From NCBI GenBank assembly GCA_003671275.1, contig QWPB01000057.1, positions 14,788 through 78,787 on the forward strand: a stretch of DNA of 64,000 nucleotides, written 5' to 3'. The notes beneath the pieces were generated by a model. That model was not told the DNA's origin. It ran no database searches and worked only from the letters and a program-made list of their open reading frames with translations. Position numbers and translations under genes: made by a program. This document shows positions 37,501 through 46,446 of the stretch, one piece after another (the stretch's first letter is position 1; each line of letters begins with the position of its first letter). The DNA is from Planctomycetota bacterium (lineage in GTDB: Bacteria; Planctomycetota; Planctomycetia; Planctomycetales; Planctomycetaceae).

Positions 37501-38575
37501 CTGGGGCGAAGAATCGGAACGGACCGAGATCCTGATTGATTCCATCGGCGAGATTGTCGAACCGTTTCAGGAACTATGGCTGGAGCACAGCCGGACGATG
37601 CGGATTTCATCGGTGGATGGACTGCGTGACAACGATGACTGGCTGGACCTGGAACAGTTCATCAAGGAGTATGGCCAGGATCTGCTGCATGCGAGCCAAT
37701 TGACACTGGGGAACGTCCGGGCCATCCTGCACCAGGGAATCGACTGGTACCTCGACTATCTCGAAGAACAGCAAGATCCCCTGCATCCCATGAAGCTGTT
37801 GGATGATCTCGACAGCGGGATGGTCGATCGCGAACACGCCGAATGGTGTCTGGAGACGATCTACACGATCGTTGTCGACAAGTTTGACCGGTTTCTGGAG
37901 TACAACACCACGACGACGCAGTCGGACTATGGCAATATGTTTTACTGCCTGCTCGACTTCCTGCGACTCGAAGCCCGGTATGATCGCGATTCGTGGAGCA
38001 TGTCGCCGATCACACTCGTTCATGAAGTGCTGACCCGGTTGCGGCGGACGGAAGCCGCGCGCCTCTGGGAAGGGACTTATGAAGCCCAGACGACCGATCT
38101 GGCCGCCCGCCATTTGCAGGATCTGGCCGCGTTGCAACGGGCTTACGGCATGCGGATGCCGACCATTGCCGACCACCTGAATCAGAAATTCATCAAGCCG
38201 TTGGCCGTCAATCGAATCCTGGCCCTGGTCCCCCTGGCAGTCGACGATTCCCGACGCGGCGTACCGTCAGCGTACTTTGCGGAGTTCCGCCGTGAGGTGG
38301 AAGAGTACCTCAAGGACTCCTGGGGGTCCGGTGTCGACATTCCGCAATGGCTGCGCCAGCTGGAAAAAGAGGTCTACGATGTTGTCGATCCTGACGACGG
38401 TGGTCGACCTGCGGCCGATGCCGAACTGGCGATGTCTGTGTTGCCACTCTCTCAGGACGAATTCCAGCGTCAATTGAAGACCTGGCCGAAACGAGGCCGG
38501 ACATCCAAGGTGGATAATCCGGCTCGTAAGGGACGGCGGAAACGCAAACGCCCCCCCGAAGACAACGACGAATAA
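34529..38575 (+). CDS. Very large hypothetical protein (1348 aa), apparently all-alpha, no recognised domain
   Basis: Single uninterrupted ORF with coding-like composition. Central acidic linker (PEDSDPDEDDLFGAAYEE). Basic C-terminal tail RKGRRKRKRPP. Confidence 0.75.
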   Translation: MASRKNPPSPPNPTPEDSVMMQEILAYLNLSGGRRDPRFLTNLNRLWNLLDSAAPAAALQTLLLTELEQRRGSSAVFEDPTQAQRVIPLVLTDFLATYRAHHADLLFHLNPLEFEQPLLIGVMFETVLSQGGPWEDRDRIISAALKAINDFLGYRPIPVLENGMRAEVYDHERFRPLPIYMEGVGAARGTYYDLISATMTFLQDAPKDLLLEAHFDIDHLEEIAVDMRAHDHLHPVNKRTNYMFGEWDPHRIDVKGRYRRVVLRRIILDALVQWIEDPKQRTPREERLFDAAAALCGTMLMASSISGWGPNAHGSDVTLTSLLPVVARRRDAFYQRLMQQVEGPREKRLKREEQRTQQPFGHIRQFLNMHLAGYGARQIQYREVAYLYAKMGYPDAAREIAAAIPAASIRFECEIQCRIGLAHHALNQNDLPTAVDLVMGLDNLIQRGIHCGALVDPWDILGYQGQFPLFSSREDTIPDNRIDALIELIEDMFGVFSRVLSETAAQGNSAARERVLDEFTKLAEWWDRYASTTVEDLPSVSGQNSLDAATHVSAALIEWRRAGEAAGDIAFWRQHVEQFQSAEAYALVVDALLYRKDLVASLALLMQWMSQSGQVGLESPKHSIFAMLIRWMKLISSDGNTDDANARANLLRRMFASLEANADETWSVPRMEGAVERAQKALKDDPLRDETPPEDSDPDEDDLFGAAYEEVTYKDTSDDGNWGNTLENDFGFRNTEFEVINREMEPRLKLINAVGQLWQMAAVRLSSDLHTSRDQPVSGAMNLTLEAVREWCTQAQRWQVDLAELMEAIWDHSITESSGDHDANVEFDIQLQVKFYLLHQVISTLICLRNADRLLSGCLPESQSTGSRAEDDPELSQLIRAVVRREVDVVQSKLPGVLDWMVKHPLLYVPLENGGKPAPILRAQMMQSVVRFLLRELPRMGLLYETYRVLHTSFQMERKWRPDGQAITEFDRLFDLAMRNVLEEVIESAAHWGEESERTEILIDSIGEIVEPFQELWLEHSRTMRISSVDGLRDNDDWLDLEQFIKEYGQDLLHASQLTLGNVRAILHQGIDWYLDYLEEQQDPLHPMKLLDDLDSGMVDREHAEWCLETIYTIVVDKFDRFLEYNTTTTQSDYGNMFYCLLDFLRLEARYDRDSWSMSPITLVHEVLTRLRRTEAARLWEGTYEAQTTDLAARHLQDLAALQRAYGMRMPTIADHLNQKFIKPLAVNRILALVPLAVDDSRRGVPSAYFAEFRREVEEYLKDSWGSGVDIPQWLRQLEKEVYDVVDPDDGGRPAADAELAMSVLPLSQDEFQRQLKTWPKRGRTSKVDNPARKGRRKRKRPPEDNDE

Positions 38576-38800
38576 TCCTTCCGAACCATGATCGCGGTCT
38601 CGCTGGTCATCCCACAGGCCGCAGTCTTCCAGGGCGTGGTATGCCCCATGGTCGGATTTTGGTCAATTTCACAATTCACGGGGCAGCGACCACAACCCGG
38701 CTAAAGTCCTCTCGACACGATCCGCGAAGCGCCTCTACAAGCTGGGCTTCAAGTGTCGCATGGCGCGATGCGTTCTCCCCGAATCGATCGGAAGATCGTC

Positions 38801-41200
38801 ATGAGTCCGGAATTCTCGCCGCCGCGCTCTGCGCCACGCCCCGAGAGTGGCTCTGTACCGATTTCGTTATGCCCCGGGAGCGGACAGTCCCGATCACGCC
38901 CTTGGTCATGGTGTCTATTAACCGCAGTTCTGGCCACGTCGGGCTGTCAGTCCGGTTCCTCCTGGAGCCGATTGTTCGTTAAGGCCCCTCCGCATTCCGA
39001 TAAGGCCACGCTGTCGATCCTGAATCAGGGTAGAAACAAGTCCCAGCCCGGCCTCCCGATTCCAACTCGCAAAGCCCAGGAAGAAGCCCACTCCGCGGAT
39101 GTGGCAAAACTGCTGGATACCGCCGAATCGTCCATGAAGTCCTACTATCAGGACTCGAACAACATCCACCTGGTCGAAGCCCAGAAACAGTATCAGGCAG
39201 CCATCAAGTTGCAGTCGGGCTGCTCCGAAGCCCATCATGGTCTGGCAATCGTCTCGGATCTGAAGCAAGATTACCCGAACGCCGAACTGCACTATCGGGC
39301 GGCCCTCGACAGCGACCCGAATAACTCTCAGGTCCTGGGCGACCTCGGATACTCCTACCTGCTTCAGGGGAAACTGAATCAGAGTGAGACACTGCTGGAA
39401 CAGGCCATCAAGGCGGACCGCGGCAATGAGCAGGCTCATCGGAACCTGGCCTATGTCTATGGCAAGACCGGGCGTCCGGAGCTGGCGGAATCCACCTTCC
39501 GAAAAGTGCTGAATGAAGCGGAAGTGCGTCAGGAAATGGCCGCCTTGTTCCCGAACGACCCCCTGGACCATTCGGGAAGGTCAGACCGCGATTCCAACCA
39601 GGCCCGAACCGTGGCCTTGCGTGACCGGATTCAGGAAGCCCGTGAAAATGACATGAGCCAGATGCGGAACTCGCTGGACGCCGCAACCGCACAGCAACTA
39701 ACTCCCCAGCAACAGCAAGCGGAAGCCTTCCAGCTGCAGGCCGAACGCGATGCCGCCCAGCGAAACTCCTTCAATCCGCATAACAATACGGCCAACGCCC
39801 CGATCGTGCTCGATACCAACGGTCAGGTGGTCCGCCCCGGAAGTCCCCCGTGGAACCAGCCCCCCCCTGCCGCGATCACCGCCGCTCCTGGTCCGGGTTT
39901 CCAAGGCTCCACAATCTACGCGCCCACCGGCACTCCGGCTCCGAATGGAGGCCGTCCTGTCCAGAATGGGTTCCATCCCTCCCATCCCAATTCGTCCACC
40001 ATTCAGGTGGCAGGTCACGAACAGCCGAATGGCCGGAATGGTTCCCCGGTTGAACGAGCTTTGCATCAGACCCAAGGAGGGATCGATCCCCAGACGGGAA
40101 TGCCGTACCAGCATGGGATTCAGGCTGCGGGAGCCGATTCGCTCGTTCCCCAAGGAATTCCGGCCTCCGAAGCACCTGGCAGTGAACACTACTCTGATCC
40201 AACGGCCACACCGGCTCCCCTCGGTTCACGGAACCCCGGACTGGAAGAGGCGAAACGCCGTGCCGCAATGATCGGTCTGGCGGGCCCCGAGATGATGTTC
40301 CCGGTGGTTAATGGAACCCAGCGGATGGCCCCCGGAACCGGCAGTGCCCTCGGTGCCGAGTACCCGCCGGTCCAGCGATACCTGCCCACGAACGCTCAAC
40401 CACATGACCTGCAAGCCATCTCGCAGGCCCCCCCCCTGCAGATGACCGTTCAACCGAATCAGCTCGGCCAAATCAATGCTCCGACCGGCCCCAGTTTCAT
40501 CCAGCCGAATCTGATGCCGATGTCTCCCTCCGAGACCCCCGTAGCTCCGCCCGCATGGGGACCGGGAACCAGCTATCAGGACCAGGCCACTGCCGCTCAG
40601 CAGATCCCGGCCACAACTGTTCCCCGGGGACAGACCGCTCCCGCATATCCACATCTTCCCACAGATCCAGGGAACCCGGCAGCGGCTTCCACGGAGTCCC
40701 GAGAAATGCGGATTCAGCCCAATCCGGATGCCCGTCGAAGTATCAACACCGAGCTATACCAGTACGGCGAAGCCACTCAAGGCGGCAGTCCTCCGGCCAG
40801 CGGCCAAACCGCCTGGAGATCCACCGATTCCCCAGCGTCGGGGACCGGCACTCCACATCCCCAACCGGCCACCGGTGCCGACCTGATGCGTTCCACGTGG
40901 AATCCACAGACGATGGCTCCCCGGATGATGCCGCCCCCTTATCCGGACAGCCCGGCGACGAATGCCCGCCCGGGTGATTCCAACTTCAGCAACAGTGGCA
41001 TCAGCTATCCCGCCGGGATGAACACCCCCTCGACCAGTTCGCAACTGCCGATGAACTCGGGTGCGAATGAACCGGCTCCGATCTACTCACCCGGAGTTCG
41101 CGTTCCGCCGCCCTATCAGCCGCAGCCCGGTACGCCCGCTCCAGCGGCATCGAATTACGGGACATATGATGGTCCCCGAATTCGCCCAGCCACACGTTAG
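38801..41200 (+). CDS. TPR-repeat lipoprotein with a long P/Q/N/G-rich low-complexity C-terminal region
   Basis: Lipobox-like LLTAVLATSGC. TPR units (AELHYRAALDSDPNNSQVLGDLGYSYLLQGKLNQSETLLEQAIKAD). The last roughly 500 aa are low complexity. Start uncertain (38753 or 38801). Confidence 0.7.
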   Translation: MSPEFSPPRSAPRPESGSVPISLCPGSGQSRSRPWSWCLLTAVLATSGCQSGSSWSRLFVKAPPHSDKATLSILNQGRNKSQPGLPIPTRKAQEEAHSADVAKLLDTAESSMKSYYQDSNNIHLVEAQKQYQAAIKLQSGCSEAHHGLAIVSDLKQDYPNAELHYRAALDSDPNNSQVLGDLGYSYLLQGKLNQSETLLEQAIKADRGNEQAHRNLAYVYGKTGRPELAESTFRKVLNEAEVRQEMAALFPNDPLDHSGRSDRDSNQARTVALRDRIQEARENDMSQMRNSLDAATAQQLTPQQQQAEAFQLQAERDAAQRNSFNPHNNTANAPIVLDTNGQVVRPGSPPWNQPPPAAITAAPGPGFQGSTIYAPTGTPAPNGGRPVQNGFHPSHPNSSTIQVAGHEQPNGRNGSPVERALHQTQGGIDPQTGMPYQHGIQAAGADSLVPQGIPASEAPGSEHYSDPTATPAPLGSRNPGLEEAKRRAAMIGLAGPEMMFPVVNGTQRMAPGTGSALGAEYPPVQRYLPTNAQPHDLQAISQAPPLQMTVQPNQLGQINAPTGPSFIQPNLMPMSPSETPVAPPAWGPGTSYQDQATAAQQIPATTVPRGQTAPAYPHLPTDPGNPAAASTESREMRIQPNPDARRSINTELYQYGEATQGGSPPASGQTAWRSTDSPASGTGTPHPQPATGADLMRSTWNPQTMAPRMMPPPYPDSPATNARPGDSNFSNSGISYPAGMNTPSTSSQLPMNSGANEPAPIYSPGVRVPPPYQPQPGTPAPAASNYGTYDGPRIRPATR

Positions 41201-41398
41201 AACCAATTCGGGATTCGCCGTAAGAACGCACCGACAGGAATATGCCCTTGATTCAGCGGGGCAGACATTCTTGTCTGCCGAGCCAGTGAACCCATTCTAA
41301 AACCCCCCGACGGGCCAGACACCTCGACGCGACAGCCCGCAACCGTCCACGACAACAGACGGACGATTTACCGATACAAGGACCGCCCAACGGGCGCT

Positions 41399-42295
41399 TT
41401 ACCCCAGTTTGGGGCGGTTCGCGATCCCGTGGTGGATCACCTTCAGCACGCGCTCGCGTTCTTCCCCTGCCAACGTCAATCGCGGCTCCCGGACCCATTC
41501 GGATCCGAGTCCCACCTCCTGAACCGCCAGCTTGATGTACTGCACGAATTTGATGTACGTGTCGAGTTTCAACAGCGGATAGAACCACTTGTAGAATTCG
41601 CGAGCCCGTTCGTACCGCCCCGCCTGAATCAGATTCCAGAAATACTGGTTCTCGTACGGGAACGCGATTCCCGAACCCGCCACCCAGCCATCAATTCCCA
41701 GGGCCGACGACTGCAGGATCAGGTCATCCACTCCGGTAAACAGCGAATACCGATCGCCCACCTCGATCCGCAGCTCCGTGATCCGCCGGGTATTGGCCGA
41801 GCTTTCCTTGATTGCGATCAGGTTCTTGATGTTCGACAACTCGGCGAACTGAGCAGGCGTGATATCGACCGTGTACCCGACGGGATTGTTGTACAGCATC
41901 CAGGGCCGACTGGTTGCCGAAGCAACGCGGCGGAAGTGGTTCATCGCTTCGGCTCCGTCGGCCTTGTAAACCATCGCCGGCATCACCATGAATCCGTTGG
42001 CCCCCAGCGTCTCGCAGTCGGCCACGTACTGACAGGCGGCTGCGGTACTCATCTCGGCGACCCCGCTGAGCACTGGGACGCGGCCTTGGGCGACCTCGAT
42101 CGTTCGCTTCACAACCTGCCGCTTTTCTTCCGGCGTCAGCTGCTGGTTTTCGCCAAGTGACCCGCACACGATCAGGCCGGAAACTCCCGAATCGAGCATG
42201 ACTTCCAGATGTCTGGCTGTCCCATCCAAGTCCAGCGTCTGGTCCTTGTGGAACTGGGTGGTGACTGCCGGGAAAACGTTTTTCCAAAGGTGCAT
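41399..42295 (-). CDS. DapA/NAL-family (dihydrodipicolinate synthase-like) lyase
   Basis: Start at MHLWKNVFPAVTTQF. GSLGENQQLTPEEK block and Schiff-base lysine context LIAIKESS. 298 aa. Confidence 0.85.
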   Translation of the reverse strand: MHLWKNVFPAVTTQFHKDQTLDLDGTARHLEVMLDSGVSGLIVCGSLGENQQLTPEEKRQVVKRTIEVAQGRVPVLSGVAEMSTAAACQYVADCETLGANGFMVMPAMVYKADGAEAMNHFRRVASATSRPWMLYNNPVGYTVDITPAQFAELSNIKNLIAIKESSANTRRITELRIEVGDRYSLFTGVDDLILQSSALGIDGWVAGSGIAFPYENQYFWNLIQAGRYERAREFYKWFYPLLKLDTYIKFVQYIKLAVQEVGLGSEWVREPRLTLAGEERERVLKVIHHGIANRPKLG

Positions 42296-42456
42296 CGTGG
42301 CTGAACCGAAAGGAGCAGGGGGGTCAGTCGGCAGCTTATCGAAACTGGGATGGGGGAACAAAGGATCGATACCAACGAACAAAAGCCCGGTCGGATGAAA
42401 CCGACCGGGCCTGGCGACCTGGAGTTCGAACACTGACTTGAGCGAGGCGTCGCCCG

Positions 42457-43059
42457 TTATTCTTCCATCGAGGTGGAATTCGAATCGGGACCGCCACAGC
42501 GGATCAGGTGGTCGTGGTCGACGTAGACCACTTCCTGCCGCTGGTCGCGGTTCTCGAAAGGCACCGGCCAGTAGGACCGTTTGACCTCTTCGAAGTAGAC
42601 CGTGCACTTGTAATGGCAGTGGTGGACCCGGGCCGGACCAACCATCGGATAGAACCGGCAATCGTCCAGGCGGTCAACCATCGGCTCGACGATAATCCGC
42701 ACGTTATTCCGGCTCGTTTCCGCGAGGAACGCCATCCCACCGGACGTGTTGTTGGGCATCGCCCGCATCACCTCGTCGGGCGACGGCGGATCGAGGCAGA
42801 ACAGCGGTGCGTTCTCCCCTTCGACCGGGTCCAGGATCGGGATTCGCTTGTAGCGTTCCTCTTCCCAGTACTCGTCTTCAATCTTCTGGCTCAGGTAGGG
42901 AGACACCGGAATCAGCGGGGTCGTGAACCAGAAATTGGACAGCAACAATGAATTATGGGCCATCCCCACCAGCATGTGGCAACCGCTGTTCGGCAGGGCC
43001 AGGAGACCCAACGCCGCAGCGAGTAGACACCGCCTCAAGCGGGTTTGAAAACTGGTCAT
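42457..43059 (-). CDS. Hypothetical lipoprotein
   Basis: Signal plus lipobox LLAAALGLLALPNSGC. No family recognised. Confidence 0.6.
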   Translation of the reverse strand: MTSFQTRLRRCLLAAALGLLALPNSGCHMLVGMAHNSLLLSNFWFTTPLIPVSPYLSQKIEDEYWEEERYKRIPILDPVEGENAPLFCLDPPSPDEVMRAMPNNTSGGMAFLAETSRNNVRIIVEPMVDRLDDCRFYPMVGPARVHHCHYKCTVYFEEVKRSYWPVPFENRDQRQEVVYVDHDHLIRCGGPDSNSTSMEE

Positions 43060-43284
43060 CCCTTCGCCTCCAGGTGCATCGATGACAGAGGGCATTCACG
43101 CCCCATCGGAGCGGTTCGAGACATCCGCTCCGCTTTGTGACTTATCGATCGCCGAGGCAGGGCGACTTGTGAAAATATTCCGGTTTTATCGGAACGGGGG
43201 AACTTTGCGGTCATTCCGAAGAAAACGGTCAAGATAGGCAAGACACGTACCGGCGTTTTTTGCCGATTCGTGGATCAACCTTGA

Positions 43285-44184
43285 TCAAACGATCGGTTCA
43301 CGCCGTGACTCCGCAGGTTCTACATGGATCAACACCCCGGTCAAACTCGGCAACTCCTCCTTGAGGATTGCCTTCACATGACCTGCCAATGCATGGGCCA
43401 CCCGAATCGTCAGGTCCGGATCCACATGCAGATGCATATCCACGTGGTAGCCGGGACCGCTTTTCCGAACGAATACCTTTTCCACATCGCGGACGCCCTC
43501 CACCCGGCGGGCGATCGTCGCTACCCGTTCGGCCATCTCCGGAGTCACCGCATCCAGCAACTCGCGAATCGCTGGTCGGATCAACGTCCAGGCCGTGACC
43601 AGAATAATCCCACTGGCCAGAATGGCCGCCACCTCATCGGCAAATACCAGTGACGGAACATGAAACCAGCGAGGCCCCCAGACCGCCAGCGAAACGCCCC
43701 CCAAAGCGGCCAGTGATGTGATCGCATCCGAACGGTGGTGCCAGGCATCCGCCCGCGCGGCCGCCGAATCGAATTCACTGGCTCCGCGCATCACGAACCG
43801 GAAGAGCAGCTCTTTCACGGCAATCACCGCCAGCAGCACGAGCAGGGTCCAGGCCGCCGGAGGCTCGTGGGGTACGACGATTTCGTGCAGGGCCTTGGAA
43901 GCGATAAACAACGCGGCCCCGATCAGCATCAGCCCGACCCCCAGTGAGGCCAGGGCTTCCGCCTTGCCATAACCATACGGATGGTCCTGATCCGGCGGCC
44001 GGGCGGAGACCCGCAGGGCCTGCCACACCAGAATCGACCCAGCCGTATCGGCCAGTGATTCCGTCGCGTCGGCGATCAGGGCGCTCGATCGGCCCCAGAT
44101 CCCCGCGAACAGCTTCAGAATCGACAGCGCGATACTGGCCATAAATCCAATAATCGTGTTGCGCTGCAGTTCCGAAGTCGTCAT
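43285..44184 (-). CDS. Cation diffusion facilitator (CDF) family metal efflux transporter
   Basis: SALIADATESLADT and DAWHHRSD metal-site motifs, six TM segments, C-terminal cytoplasmic domain. Confidence 0.9.
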   Translation of the reverse strand: MTTSELQRNTIIGFMASIALSILKLFAGIWGRSSALIADATESLADTAGSILVWQALRVSARPPDQDHPYGYGKAEALASLGVGLMLIGAALFIASKALHEIVVPHEPPAAWTLLVLLAVIAVKELLFRFVMRGASEFDSAAARADAWHHRSDAITSLAALGGVSLAVWGPRWFHVPSLVFADEVAAILASGIILVTAWTLIRPAIRELLDAVTPEMAERVATIARRVEGVRDVEKVFVRKSGPGYHVDMHLHVDPDLTIRVAHALAGHVKAILKEELPSLTGVLIHVEPAESRREPIV

Positions 44185-44238
44185 ACGATCTACCGATCCG
44201 GTGGCCGGTCCCGCGTCGTCCTTTGCCAGTCTCCGCGA

Positions 44239-45318
44239 TCATTCCGGAGGCGGTGGCAGCTCAATGTACTTTGGACGTGCTGCCGGTGCATCCGGCGGAG
44301 GCGGAAGAAACTCCACGTATCCGTGGATGCCATCCGGTCGCAGCTTGCTGGTGGACAAAGTCTGGGGGTCCGTCACCGCCAGGTTCTTCGACTGCAACTG
44401 GGACTGTATGCTGTTCAATGATTGATCCAGCACCACGATCATCGCTTGAAGCAGGGCATCCCGTTGTCCGGTCGAACTGAATCCCTGAGGTAGCTCGATT
44501 TCGACAATACTGGCTTGCTGGATTTCATTGACGTAATTCGCAAGTGACCCCGCCTTATAGTTGCCTTCGAAGTCACTGAACGAATACGTCGGAAGCAACT
44601 GACTGATGTTCACTCGATTCGAGCGAATCATGCCCCGCGCACTGCGGGACTCGACCAGATGAACCACCATCGTTGGCTGAAATCGATGCAGGAGATTCAT
44701 CAGCGCCCGCGTTTCGGGTTCACTGGCGGGCCGACCGGTTTCACGTGTGGGTTGGGCCGTAAACCGGCGCGTGGGAAAGTTCCGATTCAGATCGACACCG
44801 CGAGCGTTGGTGTGAGTGCGATTGGCCAGACCATCCGGGTTTGGAGCCCGCACCACCAGAATCGATAACTTGCGGGGGACCAGTTCCTCGCGGGCAAATA
44901 CACCGGCCAATTGATCGGCCAGGGCCACGGTCCCCTCGCTGTTTCCGGACAGATTCGCAATCACGGCGATTCGCCGATCACCATTTCCAAAGACGACAGT
45001 CTCGATCGGACGCCGCCCCAGGCTCTCATAGTCCTGACGCCAGCGCACTTCGCCCAGCTCAACCGGTTGTGGCTCATCCGTCACGGGCGAAGCTAACGGC
45101 CCCGCTTCCCGCACCGGGATCGCCACGGCATTCTGCAGCGAAGGTGGCGTCGGAAACGGAGCCGGTCGCCCCAGCTCCACCCGCAGTCGCTGTTCGATGA
45201 TTTCTGGTAGCGGGGCGGATCGCAATGGCCTGAGTTGTTCTACCGGGCGTTGTGCCCAAACAAAGCGACTCGTCAATGCGCCAGCCACAATCAATGGCAG
45301 AGCCATCCAGGTACGCAT
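44239..45318 (-). CDS. Secreted M14 (MpaA/carboxypeptidase-like) fold protein with a degenerate zinc motif
   Basis: Signal peptide. NPDG, VDLNRNFP, SEPET and VEIELP blocks are present. SGNS occupies the expected HxxE position. Confidence 0.7.
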   Translation of the reverse strand: MRTWMALPLIVAGALTSRFVWAQRPVEQLRPLRSAPLPEIIEQRLRVELGRPAPFPTPPSLQNAVAIPVREAGPLASPVTDEPQPVELGEVRWRQDYESLGRRPIETVVFGNGDRRIAVIANLSGNSEGTVALADQLAGVFAREELVPRKLSILVVRAPNPDGLANRTHTNARGVDLNRNFPTRRFTAQPTRETGRPASEPETRALMNLLHRFQPTMVVHLVESRSARGMIRSNRVNISQLLPTYSFSDFEGNYKAGSLANYVNEIQQASIVEIELPQGFSSTGQRDALLQAMIVVLDQSLNSIQSQLQSKNLAVTDPQTLSTSKLRPDGIHGYVEFLPPPPDAPAARPKYIELPPPPE

Positions 45319-45410
45319 GGGGAACTCTCCGTGGGGGACACGGAATTCAGGACATCACTCCGTTGATGGGGGACCCGCGATAACACCAGCGGTTCATCAC
45401 GGGGGCGTCA

Positions 45411-46091
45411 TTACTCGTCACAGCTCAATCGCATCCGTAGTTCGGACATCTGCTCAGCAAACTCTTCACAGGAGGAGTGCACATGTTCCGCCTCGGTGAT
45501 GAAGCGAATCGTGTCACTCTGCGGCAAGCGGTCATCCAGAATCCGCTCGAAGGCTTCCAGATCGTGTCCGTACATAATGAGCAGCTTGTGCTCGTCAAAC
45601 TGCAGTTCCATGGGGCAGATCGGATTGAGGATGGCGATTCCGGTGCAGCCATCGTTCGTCAGCAGATCTTCGAAGTCGCACAGAATGCTCTTCAGGATCG
45701 GCAGGTCGATCTGTTCGCGGTAGATGTCGGTGTGACCGTCTTCGAGGGTCTCGTGGCTCGTTTCGAGAACGACATCCACTTCATCGCCCAGAGGGTCCAG
45801 CAAATCCACAAAGAGATCAAAGAGTCGTTCCTTGGTCTGAGCCGCCATGATGACCGGAATCTTGACTCCGCTTTCAGGATCCCGGTACGTGTCCCTGCGC
45901 CACCCGGCACTGGGGACCACTTCCAGGTTCATCGATGGGCGGACCGCTTCCGTGAGCAGGAAACTACCGTAACGGGCAGTCCGCAGGTGTTCATCGAGCT
46001 GTTTGGGGCTCGCGGTGTCGAACGGGCTACGGGTTTTCGTAGGCGATCCATCGCGGAAGGCGTCCCTCGTCAGTCGCTTCAGGAAACTCAT
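45411..46091 (-). CDS. Hypothetical cytoplasmic protein (226 aa)
   Basis: Clean ORF with coding-like, acidic composition. No family recognised. Confidence 0.6.
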   Translation of the reverse strand: MSFLKRLTRDAFRDGSPTKTRSPFDTASPKQLDEHLRTARYGSFLLTEAVRPSMNLEVVPSAGWRRDTYRDPESGVKIPVIMAAQTKERLFDLFVDLLDPLGDEVDVVLETSHETLEDGHTDIYREQIDLPILKSILCDFEDLLTNDGCTGIAILNPICPMELQFDEHKLLIMYGHDLEAFERILDDRLPQSDTIRFITEAEHVHSSCEEFAEQMSELRMRLSCDE

Positions 46092-46148
46092 CGGTTTCCC
46101 TCCTTCCGGTCACATGTAGTCGTGGGTGAACCCGAAGGAAAACGTCGC

Positions 46149-46161
46149 CATCCGCATTCCG
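46149..46161. repeat. 13-nt exact repeat copy 1 (catccgcattccg) in a divergent promoter region
   Basis: Identical 13-mer recurs at 46350-46362. This copy lies 58 nt upstream of the 45411-46091 gene start. Confidence 0.9.
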
Positions 46162-46349
46162 CGAATACGATTTTCTGGAGTTCTTGAAAAGGGTAGCACT
46201 CACGGGACACGATGCGGCCAAGTCCCCAGTCCATCCATGAGTTTTCCGCGAACGAGAGGCATGACATGACACGGGAGCCAACTGACGCGACTCATCCGGT
46301 CAGGTAAATCGGCGGATTATGACGACCATGACGAATGAACCTGCCGCGA

Positions 46350-46362
46350 CATCCGCATTCCG
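46350..46362. repeat. 13-nt exact repeat copy 2 (catccgcattccg)
   Basis: Same orientation as copy 1. Lies about 85 nt upstream of the proposed GTG start of the serine hydrolase gene. Confidence 0.9.
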
Positions 46363-46446
46363 TGTTGATTGACGAAGCCGTATACCGTACATCAGCATGA
46401 ATTCGTGGAATCTCCCGCATCCGATTTTTCTTACCAAGGTTCTCCC

